A DNA stretch of 59,483 nt from the NCBI GenBank assembly GCA_045636665.1, contig JAZTXY010000077.1, forward strand, positions 1 through 59,483, in the 5' to 3' direction. The notes beneath the pieces were generated by a model that saw only the letters and a list, made by a program, of their open reading frames with translations, did no database searches and was not told the origin of the DNA. Below, in pieces: positions 19,368 to 29,017 of this stretch (positions within the stretch are counted from its first letter, which is position 1; each line of letters opens with the position of its first letter). This DNA is from Eubacteriales bacterium (lineage in GTDB: Bacteria; Bacillota; Clostridia; Oscillospirales; CAG-382). The position numbers were made by a program, and so were the translations under genes.

Positions 19368-20876
19368 ATGAACGCAAAAAGACTTATTTCCATGTTAATT
19401 TGCCTGCTTATGGTTGCTACCTCGTTTGCTTTGGTCGGCTGTGAAGACGCTACTTCCACCGAAAGCACCGCAAGCGACGGCTCGAGCGCCGAAAGCCAAG
19501 ACACCAGCACAGAAGTTGATTTTGATTCGCTTATGCCCGAATTCACTTGGACGGATTCGAAATACGCGACCTTCGACGTTCTTGTTGTATCGCAAGAAGG
19601 CGACCCGACCTACTACTGCGAAGACGTTGTTCCCAACGCTTATTCCACAACCGACGCTTCCTTGAGCGAGGCTGTTTCCAAGCGTAACGACGAAATCCTC
19701 AAAAAGTATGGCGTAACTATCGAAGCTCACCCTGTTAAGGACGTTCGCGCAGATCTTAAGGAAGATATCACCTCCAACCTTATGCAATATGACGCAGCAT
19801 TGATGTTTATGCCTGCTGCAGCATCGCTTGCACAAGAAGGCTATCTTTGGGATCTTAACGAATTTTCGGATTATCTCCACTTCGATCAGCCTTGGTGGGA
19901 TCAGTCTGCTACCGAATCTCTTTCTATCGGCGGCAAGCTTTACTTCAACACCGGCGACATTTCCATAATGCCCAAGATCGTTTCCACCGCTATTACTTTC
20001 AACAAGGAAATCCTTAAGAAGAACTTCCCCGATACCGATCTTTATCAGATGGTTAAGGAAAAGACCTGGACCTTCGATAAAATGATCGAAATGAGCCGTA
20101 CCGTTACCGGCGACACCGACGGCACCACCGGTATGACCTATAACGACGAATGGGGTCTCTCCGCTTCTTATGGCGACGTTGCAGGCTTCTTCATCGGCGC
20201 AGGTAAGAACTACATCACCAAGAACTCCGATGACCTTCCCATCGTTGCAATGAACGATGCTTCCTCTGTTACCACTCTCCAAAAGATTCTTGAAGCTCTC
20301 CAGCTTAAGGATGACTGGTGCTTCCACTGTAACACCGTAACCGACGGTTCCAACATCTGGGAAATCTCGCTTGACGTATTCGGTCAGAACCGCGCACTCT
20401 TCAGAACCAGCGCATTCTCGGCTATCAAGAAGCTCCGCGCTTACAACGATGCTCAAGAATTCGGTATCATCCCCTTCCCGTTGGTTAACGAAGAACAGGA
20501 TGAATACTACACCTACTGTTCCGCAAGAATGGCATACGCTGCAGTTATCCCCACCTCGCTTCAGGGCACAGACGCTGAATACGCTGCATTTATGCTTGAA
20601 GCAATGGCATACGGCGGCAGAAAGTTCATCACTCCCGCATACTACGAAACCACCCTTAAGTACCGTGACCTCCGCGATGACGAATCCGGCGAAATGCTCG
20701 ACCTCGTATTCAGCAACGTTGTTTACGACCTCGGCATTATCTACGACTTCGGCGGCGTAAGCAGTATGATCACCGATATGATGAAGAACAACAGCACAGA
20801 CGTTGTTTCTACCTACGAAGCAAAGAAGGATACCATTCAGGACGCTATCGACACCTGTGTTGAAAGCTACTCGTAA
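19368..20876 (+). CDS. Extracellular solute-binding lipoprotein (carbohydrate ABC SBP-like)
   Basis: Lipobox LVGC, Ser/Thr/acidic linker, PWWD, FNK, WTFD and FGIIPFP motifs. Confidence 0.85.
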   Translation: MNAKRLISMLICLLMVATSFALVGCEDATSTESTASDGSSAESQDTSTEVDFDSLMPEFTWTDSKYATFDVLVVSQEGDPTYYCEDVVPNAYSTTDASLSEAVSKRNDEILKKYGVTIEAHPVKDVRADLKEDITSNLMQYDAALMFMPAAASLAQEGYLWDLNEFSDYLHFDQPWWDQSATESLSIGGKLYFNTGDISIMPKIVSTAITFNKEILKKNFPDTDLYQMVKEKTWTFDKMIEMSRTVTGDTDGTTGMTYNDEWGLSASYGDVAGFFIGAGKNYITKNSDDLPIVAMNDASSVTTLQKILEALQLKDDWCFHCNTVTDGSNIWEISLDVFGQNRALFRTSAFSAIKKLRAYNDAQEFGIIPFPLVNEEQDEYYTYCSARMAYAAVIPTSLQGTDAEYAAFMLEAMAYGGRKFITPAYYETTLKYRDLRDDESGEMLDLVFSNVVYDLGIIYDFGGVSSMITDMMKNNSTDVVSTYEAKKDTIQDAIDTCVESYS

Positions 20877-20891
20877 TTAAAGCTTACAGAT

Positions 20892-20928
20892 AAAAAAGAA
20901 GTCCCGATTTCGGGACTTCTTCTTTTTT
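20892..20928. terminator. Bidirectional intrinsic terminator
   Basis: AAGAAGTCCCG-ATTT-CGGGACTTCTT with T-tracts. Confidence 0.85.
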
Positions 20929-20941
20929 CGTCTATTTTTAT

Positions 20942-22390
20942 TTATCTGTTTTTTCTCCAGGTCGAGGGTGAAAGCGCGATTATAAGCGGGAAAATTTCAA
21001 GTCTGCCCAAAAGCATTGCAAACGAGAAGATTATCTTTGAGAATCCGCTGTAATCGGCAAAACCGCCGCAAGGGCCGACGGCACCGAAGCCGGGGCCTAT
21101 ATTGTTAAAGGTCGCAAGCACAGCCGAGAAATTCGTTTCAAACCCAAAGGGCTCGAAGCTTATGGCAAGGAATGCCGCAATAATACAAAAAACGTATACC
21201 GCGAAATAGACCGTAACACTGCTAACCGTTTGACGGTCGACCGCCTTGCCCTCGAATTTAACCGAGGTAACCGACCGCGGATGAAGCATACGTCTTATCT
21301 CGCCCAAAAACAGCTTGAACAGAATGACGACACGGGATATTTTCAAACCGCCCGCCGTCGAGCCTGCACACGCGCCGAAGCACATCAAAAGCATCAAAAC
21401 GCCCTTTGAAAGCGACGGCCACAAATTGAAATCGACAGAGGAATATCCGGTGGTGGTCATTATCGATGACGTTTGGAAGAACGCTTGTCTGAACGCATCA
21501 CCGACACCGTTGCACAGCGGCAGAATATTGACGGTTATGCACACAACGGCAACGAACGCGATGCCCAAATAAGTCCAAAGCTCGGTACTTTTTACAACAC
21601 TCTTAAATCTGCCGATGATAACAAGATAGAACAGATTGAAATTCACGCCGAACAAAAGCATAAACACGGCAATGACCATTTGAGAATAACTGCTGTAGCC
21701 GCCGACACTGTCGGCCTTTATTCCGAATCCGCCCGTACCTGCGGTACCGAAGGTGTGTACAATACTTTCGTAAAGGTTCATATCACCTGCCCAAAGCATT
21801 ATTATCTGCACAACGGTCATTACGATATAGATAAGATACAAAATTTTCGCCGTGTCGCGTCCGCGCGGCACAAGCTTACCGACAGCAGGGCCGGGCATTT
21901 CGGCGCGCATAAGGTGGATAGAACGGTCGGTCATATTCGAAACGATTGCCATAACGAACACCAAAACGCCCATACCGCCGATCCAGTGAGTAAAGCTGCG
22001 CCAAAAGAGCATACTGTAACTCATCGCCTCAACGTCACGCAGTATCGAAGCACCTGTTGTCGTAAAGCCGCTTACCGTTTCAAATATCGCATCGATATAC
22101 GACGGCACCTCGCCGCTTAGGGTAAACGGCAATGCGCCGACGACAGACATACATATCCACGCAAGACTTACTATCGCAAAGCCCTCTTTGGCATATATTA
22201 CCTTGTTTTTCGTTCGACACAAAAGCGAAATTAACGTTCCGCAAACGACAGCGCCTGCGGCGGTTATTAAAAACGCCCATAATTGCTTGTATTCGCCGTA
22301 GATGATTGCCACCACAGCAGGCATAAGCAGCAAAAGCGCCGCTATCTGCCCAATACGGCCGAACATATAAAATACCATTTTACGGTTCAT
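20942..22390 (-). CDS. trkH: Trk potassium uptake membrane protein
   Basis: SGFTTTG, TAGTGGF, TTTGY, GSTAGG, NNIGPG and GRLE pore motifs. Confidence 0.95.
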   Translation of the reverse strand: MNRKMVFYMFGRIGQIAALLLLMPAVVAIIYGEYKQLWAFLITAAGAVVCGTLISLLCRTKNKVIYAKEGFAIVSLAWICMSVVGALPFTLSGEVPSYIDAIFETVSGFTTTGASILRDVEAMSYSMLFWRSFTHWIGGMGVLVFVMAIVSNMTDRSIHLMRAEMPGPAVGKLVPRGRDTAKILYLIYIVMTVVQIIMLWAGDMNLYESIVHTFGTAGTGGFGIKADSVGGYSSYSQMVIAVFMLLFGVNFNLFYLVIIGRFKSVVKSTELWTYLGIAFVAVVCITVNILPLCNGVGDAFRQAFFQTSSIMTTTGYSSVDFNLWPSLSKGVLMLLMCFGACAGSTAGGLKISRVVILFKLFLGEIRRMLHPRSVTSVKFEGKAVDRQTVSSVTVYFAVYVFCIIAAFLAISFEPFGFETNFSAVLATFNNIGPGFGAVGPCGGFADYSGFSKIIFSFAMLLGRLEIFPLIIALSPSTWRKNR

Positions 22391-22405
22391 AGCTGTTCCG
22401 CCCTT

Positions 22406-23767
22406 TTATTCCAAAATATCATCAAGATCGAAAACCTGCGTGCCCGAAACGATAACCACCACTCGGTCACCGGGAAGAATTTCGTCCATACCGCCGGGGA
22501 TGATCGCCTTTCTTCCGCGCACTATTCCGCCGACAAGCATATTCGGCTTCAAGCGCAAATCCTTAAGCGGGGTTTTAAGCCCCTTGAAATCCTTGCTTAC
22601 GTTAAATTCAAGCGCCTCGACGCTTCCGCCCATAAGCCTGTAAAGCGTTTCGATGCTGTTTATTCCTTGGGAATTGTTGATTGCTCTTGCGTAACGCGCA
22701 AGAACGTCGGACACGATTTTTTTGGGAGAAACGATGCTTTCAAGCCCAAGCTTGTCCGCCATAACGGCAAGCTCGTTGCGGTTTACCTTTGAAATAACCT
22801 TCGGTACGTTTTGCGAAGCGGCAAATATGGAAATGAGGATATTTAATTCATCCATTCCCGTAAGCGCAACGAATGCGTCGACCGAGCCCAAGCCCTCCTC
22901 GAGCAAAAGCTCCTGCTCTGCGCCGTCACCGTGGATAACCACGGCATCGGGAAGCTCTTCGGCAAAGGTACGGCAGACACGCTCATCCTTATCGATAACG
23001 ATAACGCGGTTACCGCTGTTTATAAGGCGTTTCGCAAGATAGTAAGCGATTCGGCTCGCGCCGAGTATCATAACGCTTTTCGCGGATTTTTGAACCAAGC
23101 CGAGCATTTTAAGCAGCTTTTGTATTTCGGAAGCCGAAGCAGTTATGCCGATCTTATCGCCGCTTTTAAGCACGAAATTACCGTCGGGGATATAAACCTC
23201 CTCACCGCGCTGTACCGCACAGATAAGGTATTGCGCCTTGTATTTACGGCGCAATTCGATAAGCGAAAGTCCGTCAAGAATCGATTCCTGCTTCAAACGA
23301 AGCTCGACCATTTCCAAATTTCCGCCCGAAAAGCTTTCGATATTTACTGCGGCAGGAAGCTTTAGGATGTTGAAAAGCTCCTTTGCCGCCATCCATTCGG
23401 GGTTGACCGAAACGGTAAGCCCCAACTGTTTGCTTAAAAAATCAAGACTTTTATCGTTGTATTCGGGGTTTCGGATACGCGCGATGGTATGCTTTGCTCC
23501 CATACGCTCCGCAACGAAGCAGGCAAGCATATTAAGCTCGTCGGAATTGGTTACGGCAACGAAAAGGTCCGCCTTTGAAACACCTGCTTCTTCAAGCGTT
23601 TCGGTGTCGGCGCCGTTTCCGCAAACGCACATAACGTCATAAATATTGCCGATTTCGTCTATAACCGCAGGCGAGGAATCAATCGCAACAACGTCGTTGC
23701 CCTCTCCAACAAGACTCGAAATTATCGAAGCGCCGATTTTTCCGCACCCGACAATGATCATTTTCAT
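22406..23767 (-). CDS. trkA: Trk potassium uptake NAD-binding subunit
   Basis: Two RCK_N/RCK_C repeats; GCGKIG, DELN and IIPGG. Confidence 0.95.
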   Translation of the reverse strand: MKMIIVGCGKIGASIISSLVGEGNDVVAIDSSPAVIDEIGNIYDVMCVCGNGADTETLEEAGVSKADLFVAVTNSDELNMLACFVAERMGAKHTIARIRNPEYNDKSLDFLSKQLGLTVSVNPEWMAAKELFNILKLPAAVNIESFSGGNLEMVELRLKQESILDGLSLIELRRKYKAQYLICAVQRGEEVYIPDGNFVLKSGDKIGITASASEIQKLLKMLGLVQKSAKSVMILGASRIAYYLAKRLINSGNRVIVIDKDERVCRTFAEELPDAVVIHGDGAEQELLLEEGLGSVDAFVALTGMDELNILISIFAASQNVPKVISKVNRNELAVMADKLGLESIVSPKKIVSDVLARYARAINNSQGINSIETLYRLMGGSVEALEFNVSKDFKGLKTPLKDLRLKPNMLVGGIVRGRKAIIPGGMDEILPGDRVVVIVSGTQVFDLDDILE

Positions 23768-23842
23768 ATAAAAACCTCCGATAAAACGGATTTTACACCT
23801 CTTTCTTGGTATTATAACATATTAAAATAATAAAATCAACTC

Positions 23843-23870
23843 TTGACTTATTTTGCTATTTGCATATAAT
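23843..23870 (+). promoter_or_regulatory. Sigma-A promoter upstream of the FMN riboswitch
   Basis: TTGACT-N16-TATAAT. Confidence 0.6.
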
Positions 23871-23876
23871 ATAATA

Positions 23877-23984
23877 TGTCTTCGGGGCAGGGTGAGATTC
23901 CCTACCGGCGGTACAGTCCGCGAGCGTTATGCACGATCCGGTGAAATTCCGGAACCGATCGTAAAGTCGAGATGAGAGAAGAAC
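23877..23984 (+). ncRNA. FMN riboswitch (RFN element) aptamer
   Basis: TCTTCGGGGCAGGGTGAGATTCCCTACCGGCGGT..AGTCCGCGA..GATCCGGTGAAATTCCGGAACCGA..AGTC..GATGAGAGAAGA matches the RFN consensus; upstream of an ECF S-component. Confidence 0.95.
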
Positions 23985-24021
23985 CTAATTTTCGGCATAT
24001 TGCCGCATTTTGTTGTTTTGC

Positions 24022-24052
24022 CCCCCGAAGGTAATTCCTTTCGGGGGTTTTT
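24022..24052 (+). terminator. Riboswitch expression-platform hairpin (terminator that also contains the RBS)
   Basis: CCCCCGAAGG-TAATT-CCTTTCGGGGG-TTTTT; the GGGGG lies 8 nt before the ATG at 24056. Confidence 0.75.
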
Positions 24053-24055
24053 GTT

Positions 24056-24715
24056 ATGAAAAGAGGCATTGATACAAAAAAGCTTACCGTCACCGCAATG
24101 CTTTGCGCGCTCGCTTATATCGTTATGATGATCGGCCGTGTTCCCGTCGTGTTGTTTTTAAGCTATGATCCAAAGGACGTAATTATCGCGCTTGGCGGTC
24201 TTATTTGGGGCCCGATGATGTCGTTTGCCGTTTCGGTGATAGTTTCCTTTATCGAAATGATAACCGTAAGCGACACCTCTTGGATCGGCTTTTTGATGAA
24301 CGTTATTTCAACCTGCTCGTTTGCCTGCACCGCCGCCTTTATTTATAAGAAAAAACGCACCCTTTCGGGCGCGGTCATCGGTCTTGCCGTCGGCGCGGCG
24401 ATTGCGGTTTCGGTAATGATGCTTTGGAACTACCTCATCACTCCGCTTTATATGGGCTATCCGCGTGAGGCGGTCGTCGCATTGCTCATTCCTGCGTTTT
24501 TACCCTTCAATCTCTTAAAGGCGGGACTTAACGCGGCGCTCACCTTTTTGCTTTACCGTCCCGTTGTTGCGGCGCTTAAAAGCACGGGGCTTATCGACAA
24601 ATCCAAAAGCAAAAATGCCGAAAAGCGCAAGACAAACGTCGGACTTTTTGTCCTTGCAGGCGCAATACTTATCACCTGTGTGCTTTTCATCCTCTCGCTA
24701 AACGGCATTATATAG
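24056..24715 (+). CDS. ribU: ECF transporter S component, probable riboflavin transporter
   Basis: FLSYDPKDV, GP and PFNLLK motifs with about 6-7 TM; lies under an FMN riboswitch. Confidence 0.85.
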   Translation: MKRGIDTKKLTVTAMLCALAYIVMMIGRVPVVLFLSYDPKDVIIALGGLIWGPMMSFAVSVIVSFIEMITVSDTSWIGFLMNVISTCSFACTAAFIYKKKRTLSGAVIGLAVGAAIAVSVMMLWNYLITPLYMGYPREAVVALLIPAFLPFNLLKAGLNAALTFLLYRPVVAALKSTGLIDKSKSKNAEKRKTNVGLFVLAGAILITCVLFILSLNGII

Positions 24716-24717
24716 TC

Positions 24718-24752
24718 AAAAACCGACGGCAAAACCGTCGGTTTTCTTTTTT
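24718..24752. terminator. Bidirectional intrinsic terminator
   Basis: AAAACCGACGG-CAAAA-CCGTCGGTTTT. Confidence 0.8.
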
Positions 24753-25600
24753 TATCCGATTTTATAGGTTCCCATACAATGACGCTTGATTAAAACGTAA
24801 TCGTACTTATCCGCCGTTTCATCGCCGTTAACGTCCGCCGAAAGCAATTGCTTTTCTCCAAGCGTTACCGTTTTCAGGCAAACGCGCTTTACAAGAACGT
24901 AATCGAATTTGTCGATGCTTCCGCTGAAATTAACGTCACCGCGCCATAAGCTTTGATATGCTTCCATCGCCACGCCGGCATACATTTTGTATCCGGTGTC
25001 GCTTGGGTGAACTCCGTCGGGGAAATATTTTGTGTATCCGCCGTTAAGCCCTTGGAAATATGCGTTCAAATCGGCAAATACAACACCCTTTTCGATTGCA
25101 AGCTCACGCGCCGCATCGGCATAAACGGTTACGATTCCGTTAGGACCGCCATAGGGCTCGAAGGGTTCGGCTTCGTGACGGGTAAGATATTGAGCGTCAA
25201 CCACGGGTGTCGGAATGTTCACAATGACCTTTGCGCCGATTTTATGGCATTCATCTATAAAATAGGTCATATTTGCCTTATAGGTTTCAAGGTCGACGTA
25301 ACGCGCCATATCTATCGCGCAGTCGTTAACCCCAAGACTGATAAACACTATATCGGGATTTCGGTTTAAAACGTCCTTTTTAAAACGCGCTTTTGCGGTA
25401 TTGGTGGTGTCGCCGCCAACGCCTGCGTTAATTATATCGATACCGTATTCGGCTTCGATATGCTTTTGCCACTTATCTGCCGCGGTAATGCTGTCGCCGA
25501 AAGCGACGACGACCAAGCCGTTACTGTCGGCAATGGCGGAAAAAGGCAGGATTGCAGCAAATATGAGGAGTGACAAGAGAAGACAAAAAAGCTTTTTCAT
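24752..25600 (-). CDS. Secreted SGNH/GDSL esterase with C-terminal dockerin-like domain
   Basis: Signal peptide; FGDSIT, NAGVGG, GVND and DGVHP blocks; duplicated GDVNFSGSIDKFDYVLVKR / ADVNGDETADKYDYVLIKR. Confidence 0.88.
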   Translation of the reverse strand: MKKLFCLLLSLLIFAAILPFSAIADSNGLVVVAFGDSITAADKWQKHIEAEYGIDIINAGVGGDTTNTAKARFKKDVLNRNPDIVFISLGVNDCAIDMARYVDLETYKANMTYFIDECHKIGAKVIVNIPTPVVDAQYLTRHEAEPFEPYGGPNGIVTVYADAARELAIEKGVVFADLNAYFQGLNGGYTKYFPDGVHPSDTGYKMYAGVAMEAYQSLWRGDVNFSGSIDKFDYVLVKRVCLKTVTLGEKQLLSADVNGDETADKYDYVLIKRHCMGTYKIG

Positions 25601-25746
25601 AAAAAACACCTCCAAGCAAACGTTATTATAATCGATTTTTGGATTATTCGCAACCGTTTTTTTATAAAACTATTGAAAAAACACCTTTTAAATGTTATTC
25701 TTTAATCAGAACCCAAAACAGAATTACCGAAAGGAAGTTTTTTGAT

Positions 25747-26715
25747 ATGCTTAAGCCCATCAGAGGTACTTGGTTTGAATTCCAACACCACAACATCCCC
25801 GAAGGAAAATATTGGAACCCGATTTGCCGTTGGTTTACCGATGAGCAATGGGAAGCTAAGGTGGACGAAATTGCAGAGCTCGGTATGAAATATATCGTTC
25901 TCCTCACCACCGCACAGGTTTACAATGATACCGCATTTTCTTATTTCAAGACAGACATATATCCCTTTTATGATATGGGCGCAAAGGACCCTATGGGTGC
26001 ACTTTTGCGCGCTGCCGAAAGAAACGATATTAAGGTATTCGTTTCCTGCGGTTACTACGGCGTTTGGACCCAAACCGTTGACAATATGATCAACCCCGAG
26101 GTTACTGCACGTGCATTCAAGGCAATGGAACAGCTTTATGCTCAGTACGGTCAGTATAAATCCTTCTACGGTTGGTATCTCCCCGATGAAACCGGCATTT
26201 ATCCCTACTACGATGACAACTTTATTAAATACGTAAACACCTATTCCGCATTTGCAAGAACTATCGATCCCAAGCTTAAGATGCTTATCGCTCCTTACGG
26301 AACGAACCATCTTATCGCTGACGATAAATATGTTGCTCAGCTCGAAAGCATTGATTGCGATATTATTGCATACCAAGATGAAATCGGCGTTCGCAAGTCC
26401 AAGCCCGAGGAAACTCCCGCATTCTATGAAGCGCTCCGCAAGGCACACGACAAGGCAGGCAGATCGGCTCTTTGGGCAGATATGGAAGTCTTTGAATTTG
26501 AAGGCGACGTTTACAGAAGCGCGCTTTACGCGGCTGATATGGAAAGAATCGACCGTCAGATCAAGAGCATTTCTCCCTACGTTGACGAAATTCTTATTTA
26601 TCAGTACCAAGGTATGTTCAACAAACCCGGTACTACCGCTTATATGGGACACCCCGATTCTGTCAAGCTTTATCAGGACTACGTTGCTTGGCTTGAAAAG
26701 AACGGCCTTAAATAA
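25747..26715 (+). CDS. DUF4434-like putative glycoside hydrolase (TIM barrel)
   Basis: PIRGTWF, SFYGWYLPDE, IIAYQDEIG and LWADMEVF; start at the ATG after AAGGA. Confidence 0.7.
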   Translation: MLKPIRGTWFEFQHHNIPEGKYWNPICRWFTDEQWEAKVDEIAELGMKYIVLLTTAQVYNDTAFSYFKTDIYPFYDMGAKDPMGALLRAAERNDIKVFVSCGYYGVWTQTVDNMINPEVTARAFKAMEQLYAQYGQYKSFYGWYLPDETGIYPYYDDNFIKYVNTYSAFARTIDPKLKMLIAPYGTNHLIADDKYVAQLESIDCDIIAYQDEIGVRKSKPEETPAFYEALRKAHDKAGRSALWADMEVFEFEGDVYRSALYAADMERIDRQIKSISPYVDEILIYQYQGMFNKPGTTAYMGHPDSVKLYQDYVAWLEKNGLK

Positions 26716-28280
26716 TGGTACGGCTTAATTTAGAGCGTTCTCCGCGCGAGGACGCTCTTCCTCTTGAAGAACGCATTTCGGAAATCATCGGCAAGCCTAT
26801 TGGCAGCTTTGATTTTGAAATACGCAAAAAATCAATCGACGCGCGTCGAAACAAGGTTAAATTCGTTTATACCGTCGATATTTTCGTTCATTCGGGCTCG
26901 GATGAAAAAATTGCATCGCGTTGCGGCGGCACTGTTGTCGAAAAGGAAGAGGAATATTGCTTCCCTGTTGCCGAAAAAATGCCCCAAAAACGCCCCGTTA
27001 TCGCAGGCTTCGGCCCTGCGGGTATTTTCGTCGCGCTTTGTCTTGCAAAATCGGGTATGCGCCCTATTGTACTTGAGCGCGGCAAAGAGGTATCGGAACG
27101 AAAAAAGGACGTCGACATATTTTTCGGCGGCGGCGAATTGAACGAAAATTCCAACATTCAGTACGGCGAGGGCGGCGCAGGCGCATTTTCCGACGGAAAG
27201 CTTAACACGCTTGTTAAGGACAAAAGCTTCCGCGGTCAATTCGTTTTGAACGAGCTTGTCAAAGCAGGCGCGCCGAAGGAAACGCTTTACATCGCAAAGC
27301 CGCATATCGGTACCGATCTTTTACGCGGTGTTGTAGAAAATATCCGCAAGGAAATTATTTCGCTCGGCGGCGAGATTCGTTTTGAAACCTCGCTTGTCGA
27401 TATCCGCACAGACGGAAGCAAAATCGTTTCGGTCGTCACCTCAAACGGCGAAATAGAAACCGATTCGCTCTTTCTTGCGACGGGACAATCGGCAAGAAGC
27501 ATTGCCGAAATGCTTTATTCTCACGGCGCGGAGCTTGAAAGAAAGCCCTTTTCGGTGGGATTTCGCATCGAGCATCCGCAAAAGGATATCGACTTATCGC
27601 AATACGGCAACGGCGACCATCTTCGCTTTTTGCCGCCTGCCGAGTATAAGCTCTTCACGCATTGCAAGAACGGAAGAACGGTTTACAGCTTTTGTATGTG
27701 CCCCGGCGGACACGTTGTTGCCGCGGCGAGTGAAAACGGGCGACTTGTTACAAACGGAATGAGCTACCACGCGCGTGACGGCAAGAACGCAAACAGCGCA
27801 ATCCTTTGCGAAATTCTGCCCGAGGATTTAGGCGACGGCATTTTTGCGGGATATGATTACCGCGAGCGTCTTGAAAGAGCCGCTTTTGAAATGGGCGGAA
27901 GCGATTTTACCGCCCCTGCAATGACCGTGGGTGAATATCTCGGAAACGGCAAAACCGAAACCGATATTGTCCCGACCTATCCGCGCGGCGTTAAATATTG
28001 CGACGTTTCAAAGCTCTTTTCAAAAGAAATCAACGATTCCTTCCGCGAGGCATTGGTTGCTTTCGGCAGAAAAATCAAGGGCTTTGATTCAAGCGGTGCA
28101 ATTATGACCGCAATCGAAAGCCGCACGAGCTCACCGATACGCATCAAGCGCTTTGACGACAGACAAAGCAATATTAAAGGCATTTATCCCTTGGGCGAGG
28201 GCGCAGGATATGCAGGCGGTATTATTTCCGCCGCTATCGACGGAGTGCGCTCTGCCGAGGAATACGTGCTGAGCTTGTAA
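26715..28280 (+). CDS. FAD-dependent oxidoreductase (COG2509-like)
   Basis: KKSIDAR, GFGPAG, GEGGAGAFSDGKL, PHIGTD, SFCMCPGG and GEGAGYAGGI. Confidence 0.88.
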   Translation: MVRLNLERSPREDALPLEERISEIIGKPIGSFDFEIRKKSIDARRNKVKFVYTVDIFVHSGSDEKIASRCGGTVVEKEEEYCFPVAEKMPQKRPVIAGFGPAGIFVALCLAKSGMRPIVLERGKEVSERKKDVDIFFGGGELNENSNIQYGEGGAGAFSDGKLNTLVKDKSFRGQFVLNELVKAGAPKETLYIAKPHIGTDLLRGVVENIRKEIISLGGEIRFETSLVDIRTDGSKIVSVVTSNGEIETDSLFLATGQSARSIAEMLYSHGAELERKPFSVGFRIEHPQKDIDLSQYGNGDHLRFLPPAEYKLFTHCKNGRTVYSFCMCPGGHVVAAASENGRLVTNGMSYHARDGKNANSAILCEILPEDLGDGIFAGYDYRERLERAAFEMGGSDFTAPAMTVGEYLGNGKTETDIVPTYPRGVKYCDVSKLFSKEINDSFREALVAFGRKIKGFDSSGAIMTAIESRTSSPIRIKRFDDRQSNIKGIYPLGEGAGYAGGIISAAIDGVRSAEEYVLSL

Positions 28281-28286
28281 AATTAA

Positions 28287-28334
28287 AACTACCCGAAGCA
28301 GAGCTCAACGGCTCTTTTTCGGGTAGTTATTTTT
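28287..28334. terminator. Terminator hairpin between convergent genes
   Basis: AACTACCCGAA...TTCGGGTAGTT. Confidence 0.7.
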
Positions 28335-28336
28335 AT

Positions 28337-29017
28337 TTATCTAAGATGTAAAATCCCCGCGATATCGTCTTTACCGACGATATAATGCTCGATCAGCTCG
28401 ATTTCGTTGGCAGCAAGATGCGCCGCAATACGCTTGGTCGAAATAATATCGTCCGATGACGGAACAAGACTTCCGCTCGGATGGTTATGCGCCAGTATTA
28501 CGTTCTTTCCGCCAATACGGATGATGCCCTCGGTTATCGTACGGAGCGAAAACCTTGCAGAGCTGATTCCGCCGCTGAACACGACCTGCTTGCCGATAAA
28601 TTCGCCGTCGGCGGCAAAATAAAGGGCATAAATCGTTTCGTTCACTCTTTCGCGGTAGAGGTCGAGCAGATATTCCTTTAGCTTTTCGCCCTCCAAAAGG
28701 TCTTTATCGCCCACGCAAACCGCAGACCGCGCGAAAACCTCGCGCAGGAGCGAAAACAAAACTCTTGCGCCGTCCTTAAGATTCGGAAATTGCGTTATCT
28801 CGTCCAAATCGGCACGGACAACGCCGTTTATCGAGCCGTATTTTTCAATAAGCGATTCGGCAATGCTTTTTGTGTCTGCGCGCGGCACGGCATAAAAAAG
28901 CAGCATTTCAAGCAATTCTACGTCGCTGAAATTTTTTGCGTCTTCGGAAAGAAGCCGCTTTTTACAACGGCTTCTGTGTCCTAAAATATCGCTTTTTTGT
29001 TCCTTTTCGGTTGCCAT
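28337..29017 (-). CDS. radC: RadC family JAB-domain protein
   Basis: GHRSR, ELLEMLL..DTK (N-terminal HhH region) and AHNHPSG..PSSDD. Confidence 0.9.
   Translation of the reverse strand: MATEKEQKSDILGHRSRCKKRLLSEDAKNFSDVELLEMLLFYAVPRADTKSIAESLIEKYGSINGVVRADLDEITQFPNLKDGARVLFSLLREVFARSAVCVGDKDLLEGEKLKEYLLDLYRERVNETIYALYFAADGEFIGKQVVFSGGISSARFSLRTITEGIIRIGGKNVILAHNHPSGSLVPSSDDIISTKRIAAHLAANEIELIEHYIVGKDDIAGILHLR

Noticed and set aside
28337-29017. RadC as a marker of an ICE or prophage
   Set aside because: It is the full-length chromosomal type with the N-terminal HhH region, coupled to ackA, with no mobile genes nearby.
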